This document shows, in pieces, positions 12,550 through 25,267 of a stretch of 64,000 nucleotides of DNA (position 1 is its first letter; every line of letters begins with the position of its first letter). The notes beneath the pieces are model-generated. The model worked only from the letters and a program-made list of their open reading frames with translations. It searched no databases and had not been told where the DNA came from. The translations under genes were made by a program, and so were the position numbers. The DNA comes from Felis catus (lineage: Eukaryota), in assembly GCF_018350175.1 (NCBI RefSeq), contig NC_058368.1, positions 169,510,001 through 169,574,000 on the forward strand. Direction: 5' to 3'.

Positions 12550-13610
12550 CTGAATAGTGTGTTGTTTGGAAATACCACATTTGTTTCTCCATTTTTCAGT
12601 TGATGGACATTTAGATTATTCCCCTTTTGACTGCTGTGAATAATGCTGCTATACACACTTGTGTAAGTTTTTGTGAGGACATATGTTTTCATTTCTTTGG
12701 GGGTACATACCTAGGAACAGAAGTGCTGGGTCATTGGGCAGCGTGCTGTGTTAAGCGTTTTGAGGAGCTGCCTAATTGTTTCCAAAATGACTGCACCCTT
12801 CTACGTTCTCACCAGCAGTGTAGGAGGGTTCTAATTTCTCCACATCTGCAGCAGCATTTGTTACTGTCTTTTTTATTTTAGCCATGCTAGTGAGTGTGAA
12901 ATGGTACCTCATTATGGCTTTGATTTGCATTTCCCTAAAGACTATGATGTTAACCATTTTTTCACGTGTGTATTGGCTGTTTGTATATCTTGTTTGGAAA
13001 ATTGTCTATTCAAATTATTTGCTCTTTTTACAATTGGGTTCTTTGTCTTTTTATGTTGACTTGTAAGTGTTCTTTATATATTCTTCATACAAGTTTCTTG
13101 TCAGACAATGATTTGCAAATATTTTTTTTCCATTCTGTGGGTTTTCAGTTTCTTGAAGGTGTCCTTTTTTTTAATTTTTAATATTTTTAAAATATTTATT
13201 TATTTTTGAGAGAGAGAGAGAGGGAAACAGAGTGTGAGTGTGTGTGTGTGTGGGGGGGGGGGGGATGCACAGGGAGAGAGGGAGACACAGAATCTGAAGC
13301 AGGCTCCAGGCTCTGAGCTGTCCGTACAGAGCCCAACACAAGGCGTGAACTCACGAACCGTGAGATCATGACCTGAGCTGAAGTCAGTTGCTTAACCGAC
13401 TGAGCCACCCAGGTGCCCCATGAAGGTATCCTTTGATTCACAAAAGTTTTGATTTTGATGAAGTCCAGTTATTTTTTCTTTTGTCACTTGTGTTTTGATG
13501 TCATAACCAAGAAGTCATTATCTAACCCACGATCATCAACTCTGTGGTTTTTTTCTTAGAAATTTTATGGTTTTAGCTCTTACATCTAGATAATGAATAC
13601 ATTTGAGAAT
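12550..13610 (-). mobile_element. Old L1 3' ORF2 fragment, interrupted by a SINE
   Basis: ORF 12772..12957(-) contains FREMQIKAIMRYHFTLTSMAKIKK (L1 ORF2 C-terminus). Also gttgatggacatttag and ttttgatgaagtccagtt motifs. Confidence 0.88.
13167..13419 (-). mobile_element. CAN-SINE with an expanded (GT)n/G-run in its tail region
   Basis: Antisense SINE. TSD tgaaggtgtcctt / tgaaggtatcctt. Confidence 0.94.
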
Positions 13611-15679
13611 ATGAAGTTTCTTCCAGTGGGCTTTGGCTGCATCTTGTAAATTCATGTTCTGTTTTGTTTTCTAAACAGTTTGGAACATGTTATTTTGGAT
13701 ACTTTATTTTTATATTTGGCCATGGAATGCTTTTTTAAATTGTTTAGGTTTTTGTTGTTAATTTCTGCTTTTATGAACTTTATTACACTAATATGATCAT
13801 TAGAAACTTTTTTTAAGTTTGAGTTTTTCGGATTGTCTTTTGCCCAAAATACCCATTTTTATAATTGTTCCCTGACTTGTCTTATGTTTTAATACTAAAT
13901 GTACTTGAAATAATCCAGTTTTATTAATTATATTATTCATATTACTCAGGTTCTAATTTTTAAGTCTATTAGGTTTGCCAGAAATTGAGTGGTGTACTTA
14001 TTCTTTTTAATGATGCTTTCCTGTTATTTTTCCTAACAGTTTTTACTTTTATATATTTTGACAATCTTAATCTTACTTTAATAGCACAGAATCTTTTTCA
14101 TGAAAGGAGGTAAGAGCTAGGCAGAGACCTATAAAGGATGCCAGTACTGTGCTAGGTTTTCCTTGGTACAGCACATATTTTTTTAGGAGGAGTTAAGGAG
14201 CAAATTGAGGTAAAAGTGTAGCATAAAACAAATCCAAACTTTTATAAAGAGGTCATGTTTGCCCTCTTGTGCAGGCTCGCACACATGTGTGTGTTATAAA
14301 GCCATAAGTTAGTACTGATACCTCATGTTTCAGTTCAAGATCACAAAGTACATCCTGCTCTCCCACATTTACATATTCTGTAGTTGCTTTTCTTAACAGT
14401 GTGAAACTTGGCTCCCTTGTCTCAATTTGCTCAATCTCAGAATGCATGAAAAGCAGCTCCAGAATTTGTTAAACCCATACCACCAGAAAAAACCCAAAAA
14501 TACTAAATAGGGTTCAGGATTTCTTTACAATTTTTAGAGGTAAATTACATATGTGAAATGCAAAAATACGTGGGCAGTTCTTTGAGTTTTGACAGATGCT
14601 CTTGGCCCTCTGAGAGTTCTGACTTTTTCTTATCAGTCTCTTTTGCCGGCTTCTCATCTCTGTTCATCTTCAGGATTGTTCTCCAGAGTTCTTCCCTCTC
14701 CTCTCTTTTCTACTACTCTTTGTTATACCTATTTGCATGATACTTTGTGCTGTTAGGATCAGGATTAACTCCTGTTTTAACCCTAGAACCTCTCATAGTC
14801 TTAGGTGTGTGGAAGGTGCTAAACTGGTGTTTGAGTAAAAAAAAAAAATGCACAAGGTAGTACTACTTATGTAGATTTATATAGGTTGTATGTAGAAGTT
14901 TTCTTTGAGTGTACTGAATAAATAAAAGATGAGGTTTGTATAATGCCAGGTAAATAATCATAATTCATTAATCCAGTCTTTGCATTTATTATGTTTATTT
15001 TTTACATTGTATCCTTGGAGAAATCGAGGTATATCTTTAGTCGATAGCTCTTATAATTGATATGAGTCAATTGTGAAAAATTCCATTCATCCTTTCTAGG
15101 TGGAGAGAAAGCACCAGCATCAAAATGTCTTAAGATTTAACGCAATACGGAACAGTTATTTGGGCCAGTTCTGCCACTGCATAATAAGATGATACAGAAC
15201 TGTTGTGAAGTATGAAAGATGGCCTACAAATTCCTTAACTTGGGATTGAGGAGTACTAGTTGAAATGAGTTAGCGTACTTTTCTTTATTCTGTAACATCA
15301 AGTTGCTGGGTTGTCCAACTCAAAGCAAAACAAGACTGTGAGGTCTTAGAGGGCAGGGCAGGGGTTAGGTCCTGTTTGTTTCTCCAGCTTCCCTGCATGG
15401 CAGTAGCTTGCTAATACCTATTAAAGATGGCAGAGTGCTTCTTTCAGCTCGTTGATTAACCTACTGTGCGATTCCCCTGCCTGGGAGGACATGACAGGGC
15501 CAGGATCCTTTCCTCTGGGAGCCCTGCTGGGAGTGTTTGCTAAAGGGGAATGAATGCTGGGCAGATCGTTTGTCCTCAGACCTGGAATACCACAAAACTC
15601 TGATGGCTCTGACGGTAATGTGACTTCTTTTCGTGTCATTGTCAGTTAAAAAAATAACACTTATTTTCTTTATCAACAG

Positions 15680-15853
15680 GAGTGAAACCTCGGTCTGGTT
15701 GGTCTATTGATCCTTTTGGACATTCCCCAACAATGGCTTATCTTCTTAAACGGGCTGGATTTTCTCACATGCTTATTCAGAGAGTTCATTATGCAGTTAA
15801 AAAACATTTTGCATTGCATAAAACGCTGGAATTTTTTTGGAGACAGAATTGGG
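15680..15853 (+). CDS. MAN2A1: MAN2A1 coding exon (probably exon 6), 174 nt, carries the catalytic nucleophile motif
   Basis: Acceptor ttttctttatcaacag| and donor |gtatgt. Translates (G)[64 protein letters not shown] is the GH38 nucleophile-Asp motif. Phase 1-1. Confidence 0.97.
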
Positions 15854-17917
15854 GTATGTAGGGTTTGATGAACGTGGAAGGTCTCCCTTGACCTAGATGT
15901 TATTTCATAAGGGTTATGAACTCAGGCTGTTACAGGTTTTATTCAGAGTGTCAGTCTTGAAAATTAGGTTGCTTAAAGACACAGATTCTTAGAATTTATT
16001 CCCCAGAGTTTTTGTGTTAAGACTCTTTTAAGCAATGGTGAAGATATTTATCTATAGAACATTGTGGATTCTTTTTTACGCCTAAAGGAAGTAAATAAAT
16101 GTAAGGAATTAGTCTTTCGTAAATGCTTTTTATTTCTATTTTAAAAAGAACCTGTTTTATACAAAGTTGAACATGTGTTATATCTTATATCCAGCCATTT
16201 ATTTCATGTTCAGCCTCTGTTTCCTTCTGTCTTTCCTGTCTCTGCATCTAGTAAGAATTGCCTTTTAAAACCTTAATCCTGCCCTCCTAGAACAGCCTTC
16301 CTGTTATCTGTACTGCTGTTCTCACGTTGTAGTCTGTGGGTGCACAGGTGTTCCAAGGTCAGACTTTCGCAGCTCTTGGCTGGGGGTGGGGGGTTGAGGA
16401 GAAGACAAGATTTAGGCTTTTTAAGATGTTTTTGCCTTTCCCAACACCATTTAACTCAGAATACTTTATTATTTCTTCTTTATTGAGTTTTTATTATGGG
16501 CCATGCATTGTATTGTATGCTTTATATCCACTCTCTCACTGAATCTTTATCCTTTAAATTCAGTTCTCTTATAATTCCTTTTAAATGGTGAAGGAATGGA
16601 TGCTAGGAACGTGAAGCCATTTGCCAAAAGTCATAAGGGCAAGTAGGTACAGAGGTGAGGTTTGAATCCGTCTTTGTGTAGTTCACAAACCCAGGCTTTT
16701 ACCTCCCTGGTATTCACTGCCATCCTGATACTGAGTTTTCCTTAAGATTTCATCTGCAAAAAGGATTTTGTTGCTAAAACAATGTTCAGGAATTACTGTA
16801 TTACATCATATTTTCTTTCCTGTGTAATTTAGCTCTCTCCCGAGTGTTCTCAAAAAATCATTTGTAAATCTAGACAGTAACTCCCTTATATGTACTGCTG
16901 TTTTTTTCAGTAAGGAAAGAAATTAACTGTATCATTTTTTATTCTGGAAAATAAAAACCTGGAGGGAAAACAAGAACTTGTAGGGGGTTATATCCTGTAT
17001 AGTTGGATCGAATGCAAAGAGCATATTAATTTAAAAAAAAAAGATTGTTAATTTGAAAAGGCCCTACTTAAACAGTCGCCTATATTCAAATTGTCCATAA
17101 ATATCAATCAGCAAGAAATTACTAAGTACTTTTATGTACTTAATACCATGCTTGGAAAAAACACAGAAAACTCCCTTGCCTGTAAGGAAATTACAGTCTT
17201 AATTTGATAAAAGACAACATCAAATGCAGCAGATAAACTGCAATGTGAAAATGAGTTGCTAAATATTATGGGGTGAGGTGAAGCAGTGGGATGTGGAGTG
17301 TGTCTTCGATCTATAGGAAGAAGGAAGAGGAGGTGCCATCAGTGTCTGGGATTGTGACAGCCTCTGTGTTGAGAGCAGGTATTAGTGACCAGCATCCATG
17401 ATGTCACACTGGAATCTGATGCAGCGAAACAACTTACAGCACAGAAAAGTACAGATTATAATAGCTTTGAAATTTGGGAGAGAACTGGTAATTACTTTAA
17501 CTAAATGGAGTATGAGATAGAATCGGAGTATTGTAGGCTCACCAGATAGATTTGAAGATGTTACTTCAAAATTATGTTGGAATTCAGTTGAGCTGCTTTG
17601 TGTGTTCTGGTTCTTAATGAAGCAGGTATTTTCACTTTTTAAAATGTGCATGTTGCTTTTAATTTTTTATTTGTTGTAACTGTCTTTATTATGAAAGCAG
17701 TACATACCCATTGCTGAAAAGTAGAAATCCATACTTCAGTAAAGGCGGGGAGGTACTTCTAGGTCAGGAGTCTATAAAGATAACCATTTTTAACTCCTGG
17801 TTAAATCCTGCACTCACTGGGTGGTAGGCTTCTGACCTCTCAAGGGCAGTGGTAACACTTCCTGGCATTGAGGTTTTAAATAAAAACAATTCTGCATCAG
17901 GAACTAGTGCTTGCTTT

Positions 17918-18056
17918 CTATCTATCTATCTATCTATCTATACATACATACATGTATGTATGTATGTATGTATGTATATATATGTATATATATTTATACA
18001 TACACATGTATATATATACATATATGTATATATGTATGTATGTATATATATGTATA

Positions 18057-18104
<48 letters not shown>

Positions 18105-18131
18105 TATATATATACACACACATATATATAT
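17918..18131. repeat. Compound microsatellite (TATC)n-(TACA)n-(TGTA)n-(TA)n-(TG)n-(CA)n
   Basis: Read directly from the sequence. It generates the spurious Y/I/M/C-rich ORFs at 17849-18519. Confidence 0.97.
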
Positions 18132-18808
18132 ATTGTTTGTTCGTTTGCTTTATTTTTATTCTTGGTGGGTTTTTGTTTTGCTTTTTTGTTTTGTTTTGAA
18201 AATTACTTTTACTTGTCCTGTGCTGCCTTCTTGGTGAAGAGTACCATTGGCTCTTTATTGGTGAGCATCTGGGAGACTCTCTGAAGTCTTCTGGTGGCAC
18301 TTCCTTCTCCTCACAGCAAGAAGTCGATAGGAATTTACCCAGTATTCTCACAAGCCTCCCTACTTTTCCTTTTCTCCTTTTATTCTCTTCATCTCTTCTT
18401 ACCCTTCTTCTGTGGCTAATGTAATGGTCTTTCTCAGTGTCTCCCATTACTGATGTGGGTGTGGGCAGGAGCTGGCAGCCAGGGATGGACATGGCCATAA
18501 TTTTGGATGAGCCAGTCATAACTTTGGCTTTGGCTTTGGCTTTGGTTTGTATCTTCCTAGGTCAGTGGATGCTGGTTAATGATGAGTCTCTGCTAAATTT
18601 AGATAGAGGAGGTAGAGACTGGGGTGTGAGTCTCCTCCTTCAGCCTGGTGGTTGTTACATGTCATGGAAGCTTATGTACTGGTAGTTTAGTAGGTTGTGA
18701 ATTTAGGGTCGAACTTGCATTACGTATGTAGAAAGTACTGGCATTTTGAACAGTTATAGGAAAACAGAATTTATAAATTCAGGTTTGTCTGTTGGCTCTT
18801 TATTTTAG

Positions 18809-18995
18809 ATCTGGGATCTGGCACAGATATTTTTTGCCACATGATGCCCTTCTACAGCTATGACATCCCTCATACGTGCGGACCTGATCCTAAAATATGC
18901 TGCCAGTTTGATTTTAAACGGCTTCCTGGAGGCAGATTTGGTTGTCCCTGGGGAGTCCCCCCAGAAACAATACATCCTGGAAATGTCCAAAAGAG
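18809..18995 (+). CDS. MAN2A1: MAN2A1 coding exon (probably exon 7), 187 nt
   Basis: Acceptor ctctttattttag| and donor |gtatga. Translates (D)[61 protein letters not shown](R). Overlaps ORF 18841..19038. Phase 1-2. Confidence 0.97.
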
Positions 18996-19695
18996 GTATG
19001 AAAATGTGCATTTCATAAGACACCATCGAACAAAGTAGCAACTCAGCTGCTCATTGCTAAAGGGTTCAGTAGCCAACATTATCCATGTTCAAGGTATTCA
19101 TTCAAACCAGATTTCAAGCGACTTAAAAATGCCAGAGCTTTGTGCTTTTTATGTGTTAAAATTTAATGGAAATGAACGATAGGTGATCAATATACAATGG
19201 AGAACCTATAATACTCTGTTATTACCAGCTCTTTTGCCCTTATTATAAAAACCATCTACTATGTTTGATTGATTTCATATACTTTTGTTGATAATAAAAC
19301 TTCTGGTCTCTATTGTATAAATTGGTAAGAAAAGCAACCCAACTGCAAAAACACATTTATTGAAATGGAACACATAAAGAGTATAATTATCTGTTCCTTT
19401 AATAACAATTTCAATAATAGTAAATGCTGCCCAGCTCTGATGAATACACTCTTTCAATCTTTCTGACATTTTTGGCTTATAGAAAATTTTAATTAGGAAT
19501 ATTTATATTTAAACATATTTATCTAAATAAAAATCAAAGGAATGAATCACTCTTTTAAGAAGAAGAAAATTACTCTAATGATAGAAGCATCTCATTCTAT
19601 CTAGTTACCTATACTTCTAATTTGGGTGCTTATGAAGCTTAATTTCTTCACTTAAAAATTATTGCCGTATAATGCATTTAAATAAAACATTGTGT

Positions 19696-19921
19696 GGGGC
19701 ACCTGGGTGGCTCAGTCAGTTAGGCATCCAGCTTCAGCTCAGGTCATGATCTCACAGTCTGTGAGTTTGAGCCCCGCATCGGGCTCTGTGCTGACAGCTC
19801 AGAGCCTGGAGCTGCTTCAGATTCTGTGTCTCTCTCTCTCTCTGCCCCTCCCCCGCTTGCACTCTGTCTCTCCCTATCTCAAAAATAAATAAAAACATTT
19901 TAAAAAATTAAAAAATAAATA
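19696..19921 (+). mobile_element. CAN-SINE (SINEC_Fc-like)
   Basis: ggggcacctgggtggctcagtcagttaggc...A-tail. TSD aataaaacattgtgt. Confidence 0.94.
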
Positions 19922-19945
19922 AATAAAACATTGTGTTATAATATA

Positions 19946-20077
19946 GAGGCGCCTGGGTGGCCCAGTTGGTTAAGCATCTGACTTCTGCTCAGGTCATGAT
20001 CTCACGGTTCATGGGTTCAAGCCCCATGTCAGGCTCTGTGCTGACAGATCAGAGCCTGGATCCTGCTTCAGACTCTT

Positions 20078-20120
<43 letters not shown>

Positions 20121-20180
20121 CCTCCTCCAGTTGTGCTCGGTCTCTTTCTCTCAAAAAAAGTAAAAAACATTAAAAAAAAA
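19946..20180 (+). mobile_element. CAN-SINE with a long (CT)n tract
   Basis: gaggcgcctgggtggcccagttggttaagc... Flanks cattgtgttataat / cattgtgttttaat. Confidence 0.94.
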
Positions 20181-23100
20181 CCATTGTGTTTTAATGTAAA
20201 CCACTCATGTATGCCAGAAAAGTAAAATAGGTTTTTATTTTGTTTTTTTGATCCATCATGTTATTTATTATGCAAATGAGGAAATTTTCGAGAGTGAGAT
20301 GGGAAACTATAAACAGTTAAACTATGATGACAGCCATAAACTCTACAAACCAGAACATTCTTTAACCGTAGTTTTAAGACCCTAATATTTCAGGTTTCCA
20401 CAAACCTACTCTGCCTAGGTTCTTGTACATGTCATCCTTAAAAAATTTTTCAGTAACATGACGGTAACACAAGTGTAGACATATTTTTAAACTCATCAAA
20501 TTGTAATACATGGATTATATAACAATAATTACGTGCAGTTTTTTTGCCAGTCATAAGTTTGATGGTTTCAGGGAACTCCATGCTAGCGCAGCTTGCTGAG
20601 AAGAAGCGAGGCATCCTACCTTCCACAGGAGGGTTAAAACGGGCAAGGGTGAGGCAGGTCAGTACTTAACAACCACAGCCACCCAAATCACCCAGGGAAC
20701 TTTTGAAAAGTCTCCAGGCCAACAAAATGAGAATAGAGTGCCAGCATAATCACCCCAGGTGATTGCAGAGCACAACAATAAAGCCTTTTAAATAAAATAA
20801 GATCTTTGCACCAGGTACTGTCAAGTCTATTTATTTTTAAAAAATTGCTTTTTAAAAATTGTGTGTGGAAGAGGAAGGTGAGATTGGGTCTCTCTGCCTT
20901 GAGTGAGTCCTTGTGGCCATGAAATATTCCATTGTGAGCTTCTCACTGTGGCACACGCAAAAGTGTTTTATCATGGCAGCCTTCTTGAAGCCATAGTTCC
21001 CTTCTAGCAAAATCTATTTATAATTTTTTTTTTTTTAAAGTGTCCAAGTTTAGGAATCAACCTGGTTTCATTTTCCTGGTTCCTACAGCAATGAAAATCC
21101 CTGAGGAACAGCGAATAGCCTGCTTTCTGGGATTAGGTTAGTTAGGCATGGGAGAGTAATCCAGTATAAGGTAGCAAAAGGTACAGTGAAAAAGAAGAGG
21201 TAAGGGTGGGGAGAGTATCCTCAGCTCAGGAGGTCAAAGATAGGGAATTTCTTTGAAGGCAGCCAGATGCTTCAGTTGGGGACTCTCAGTGCACCCAAAG
21301 GCCTTGTGAAGCTCCTCTTTTTTTTGGTCCTCCTATCTGTTTAAAGTGCATTTTTAGGGGGAAAAAAGCCATTTTGTGTAATCCTGTGGCTGTGTCCCAT
21401 CTGACACTTCAAAGATTGCCCCCCAGGAACATACTTTGCACTCAGTCAGTTCCACTGATTTTGCAAGTGGTTTCCGGACACCTGGGGGCAGAGAGATGAA
21501 AGAGTCTATTTAATACTTAAGTAGATTTTTTTTTAAAAACTTCTTATAAGTCTTGAAATCTTAACTCTACTGGTTACTTCACATCCAGACATCACCTTCC
21601 TTTTTACTTCTTGATGAATGAAGATCAAACACGGGTCTTCCAGATTAGTGGTGCTTGGTTTTAATAACCTAAAGGAAATGAAATTGAACTGTAGTTTACA
21701 GGTGATACACTTGATACTGTTTATTAGTTCAGCAGGTTCCTCTACTTCCCAAATAAAGAAACACCATTCTTTATCAAGTTGAGGTTTTGTTCTCATGCAC
21801 AATATTTTACATATGATGATGATTTACGTGTCAAATGGTAGGATGTTCTAGGGAATTTTTTTCTTGGTTCTAGTTAAGTTGACATTTCGAATCTGGTGAA
21901 AGAATTGAAGAGCAGATTGCTGCTGTACATCTTCAGAGTGATAATCCATTGGTTCATTTGTCAGTAGTGTACCATGTATTTAATAAATATCCACTGTCTA
22001 CCAGGTAGTATAGGTTGGTTCCTTGGCTTTCTCAGTGTTGACACCTTCTGAGCAGGAGCCTGGGCGCGAGGACAGATGCTAAATGGAAAAGGCACGTTTA
22101 ATGTTTGTGATTTCTTTCCTGTTATGTGTCTTATGTGTATATGCACAAGATATGGTATATCTAGTAGTAAACCTTGGGATTCATTTAAATGATCACTTAC
22201 TTTTTTTTATTCTGGTTGCCTGGGGGATCTGATGGATGCTCTGTCACATAGTATATCTTACAATCTGTGATTTATATGTTTGGTTTTCTTCACTTATTTT
22301 GATTTTGTCTTTCTGTTTGATTAATTTTATTGTACATGTATTTTTTAATTATAAGTAAAAATCTAAAATTGGTTTTGGTAAGTGTGGAATATTCGTAAAT
22401 TATTAGTAAGAATTAAGTACTCCACTGAATGCTAATCTCAGAAAACTATGTTTTGTAAGAATATTATGGTTATATTTTACTCACCAAGTTACAAAATTTT
22501 GCTAATAATTTAATATTTGCAAAGCAATTTCAGAGACTATCATTATAGAAAGATCATGAGATTCTAAATTTAGTTAAATGTTTTTTTTTAACTATTTCTA
22601 TAAAATACCTCTTTCATCATTGGTGTTCTTTGAGTTTCTTTCATAAGTTTTTATATTGTGAATTAGAACCTACTTCTGAATAACCCTTGAAATGAAAATT
22701 GGAACATTGGGTAAAAAGCATATTAGTGATTTATCACTAATTTCTTAAGTGTGTCATTACAACATTGAGAACTACTCTGAGTTTATCTGCTTGTTTAATT
22801 TCATTTTGGTAAGCCATTCCTCTTAAATACCTTATATTCGTAGTCTTCTTCAAATGTTGCCCCAATTCAGCATTTGGCAAAAGGATTTCCTACAGAATTA
22901 CTAGAATATGAAATATAAAAAAAAGCACATCAGCACATTTAGTATTTAGCTATCCTTTTGAGTCATGGGTGGTTAGAGCTGAGGGAGGTAGAATCCAGAA
23001 AAGCTAATTCAATTCCTAAGCTTGATTTGTTGATCAGTACTGAGAAGGACACTGTGACAGATACAGAGTTTATTGATGGCAGGTGTTAAATGAGTTGTTT

Positions 23101-23604
23101 TTCTTCCTTTTGAAGAGGAAATACGGTTCTATAATTGGTTTTGTTCAAACTATTTTTTTAATGTTTAATCAGGCAAGTTTAGCTTAAATTAGAGAAAGAG
23201 ATGTTAAATCAAAGCAAACTTCAAAGTTTATGTAGATGAGAAATCCTTATTGTCTTTTTGGACCAAATCATTTTAAAACACAGGCTGTCCAGGATCCAGT
23301 ATCTGTGCCTGGGCTTCAGGAGGGCCATTGATGTTTCTAGTAATTATATGCCAAAGTTGGTCTGTGACTTTATTTCTCTAAGGATAAGAAAAACTATGGG
23401 TTTTTCTCTGTGATAAGAATTTATGAATATTTTAAGTGGACAACAAAAATTAGTATAGTAGTTTTCAAAAATCTGCCTTATAGATCATACTAACCTAGAA
23501 TTCAGGTAAAATATACAATTTCTTTTAACATAATACACTTTGTAATGAGTTGCCCCATTGTTCTTTTTTTACTACTGTTCCTTTTTTCCCTTTTTCTTTT
23601 GTAG

Positions 23605-23782
23605 GGCTGAGATGCTTCTCGACCAGTACCGAAAAAAGTCAAAGCTCTTCCGTACCACAGTTCTCCTGGCCCCGCTGGGAGATGATTTTCGCTACTGTGA
23701 ACGCACAGAATGGGATCATCAGTTTAAGAATTACCAGCTGCTTTTTGATTATATGAATTCTCATCCTGAGTATAACGTTAAG
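23605..23782 (+). CDS. MAN2A1: MAN2A1 coding exon (probably exon 8), 178 nt, carries the acid/base motif
   Basis: Long polypyrimidine tract ending ttttgtag| and donor |gtaatg. Translates [59 protein letters not shown] (PLGDDFR motif). Lies within ORF 23558..23956. Phase 2-0. Confidence 0.97.
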
Positions 23783-24895
23783 GTAATGAGAAAATATTTA
23801 ATTATGAAAGTGCATTTGAAGTTGAGGCCTCATTATTACGTGAGGCTAAAACACAGTTGCCTTAGTTTCTTGTTCCCATATCTCAATATTTACTTGAATA
23901 TGTGGTCCTTATGTAAACCTGTAGTTCTTACAGAGGAGAATTCTCTAGTATTATAGTTGTGTTTCTGAAGTGATCCCTTTCTCCCCATTCCCATAGAATT
24001 AAACAGGCATGAGTTTTAAGTGGCTGTAAACATGTAAGGCGTGAAGTTCATTTTTCAGTGATGTCCTGTTTTTCTACCGGCATTGAAAGTTTGTTTCTCT
24101 CCGACAGTTGCATCCTGGTGATTTAGTAGTGTGACTGGCAGATGCAGATGGACATGTCCTGAATTTTGCAAATGAATGTCTTGTGTCCAGAGAATACACT
24201 AACATTTTTCTTAGATGATTAGACTTCTAAAATCAATCAATTATTTGCCTGTAGTTCTCTTTTTTTCCCCTTGTGGAAAATTTAAAACGTACCCTAAAGT
24301 TTTGAGAACGACTCAAGTACCACCACCCCCCAACCTCACCCTGCCTTCCCAATATCCATGGCTCAGCTACCACATTTGTCAATTCTAGGTCACTCTCTTC
24401 AGCTTCAGCTGTGTCTCACTCTCCCCTCCCCCTTCTCCCCGGGATGATTTTGGAGGAAACCTCAGATGTCATGTAGTTTCATCTGTAACCATTTCAGTAT
24501 CTGTCTCTAAATGATAAGGACTTTACAAATGAAATCATAATGCCATTATTACATCACAAAATTAATAATTCAATAATATCATATATCCAGATAGATTCAC
24601 ATTTTCCTGATCCCATAAAAGCATTTTTTTTAGCAGATGTTTCGTGAGTCACCGTTCAAACAAGAGTGATATATTAGACTCTGTAAGAAAATTACCCAGT
24701 GTATTTATTATATTTATACACTAACCCATGAGACAGTAGAGTATCTGTGAAAATACTGTAGAAAGGAAGAGAATGTGGCCTGTCATCAGCTTTCTAATTT
24801 CCTAAGGTGAGGTTTTTCTCTGTGATAAGAATTTATGAATATTTTAAATGGATAATGAAAATTAGCATAGCAGTTTTAAAAAAATCTGCCTTATA

Positions 24896-24979
24896 CATTA
24901 TATGTAAGTGATGAATCACTAAATTTTATTCCTGAAATCATTATTACACTATATGCTAACTAGCTTGGATTTAAATTTT
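24896..24979 (+). mobile_element. Very short 5'-truncated carnivore L1 (3' terminus only)
   Basis: tatgtaagtgatgaatcactaaat...attacactatatgctaac...atttaaat matches the reverse complement of the L1 3' end at about 1770-1847. Flanked by a 17-bp TSD aaaaaatctgccttata (24879-24895 and 24980-24996). Confidence 0.85.
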
Positions 24980-25060
24980 AAAAAATCTGCCTTATAAATC
25001 ATACCAACCTAGATTTCAGGTAAAATATACAACAGCTTCTTTTAACAAAATACACTTTTT

Positions 25061-25267
25061 ATTTATTTAAAAAATATATATTTTTTAATATTTATTCATT
25101 TTTGAGAGACATAGTGTGAGCAGGGGAGAGGCAGACACAGAATCCGAAGCAGGCTACAGGCTCTGAACTGTTAGCAGAGCCCGACATGGAGCTTGAACAC
25201 ACGAACCATGAGATCATGACCTGAGCCAAAGTCAGACGCCCAGCCACCTATGCCACCCAGGTGCCCC
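25061..25267 (-). mobile_element. CAN-SINE inserted in the duplicated acceptor segment
   Basis: Antisense SINE. TSD aacaaaatacacttttt / agcataatacacttttt corresponds to the single aacataatacactttgt in the original copy near 23527. Confidence 0.93.

Noticed and set aside
17849..18519. Several long ORFs (up to 193 aa) on both strands
   Set aside because: They are open only because they run through the stop-poor microsatellite. The translations are low-complexity Y/I/C/V/M/H.
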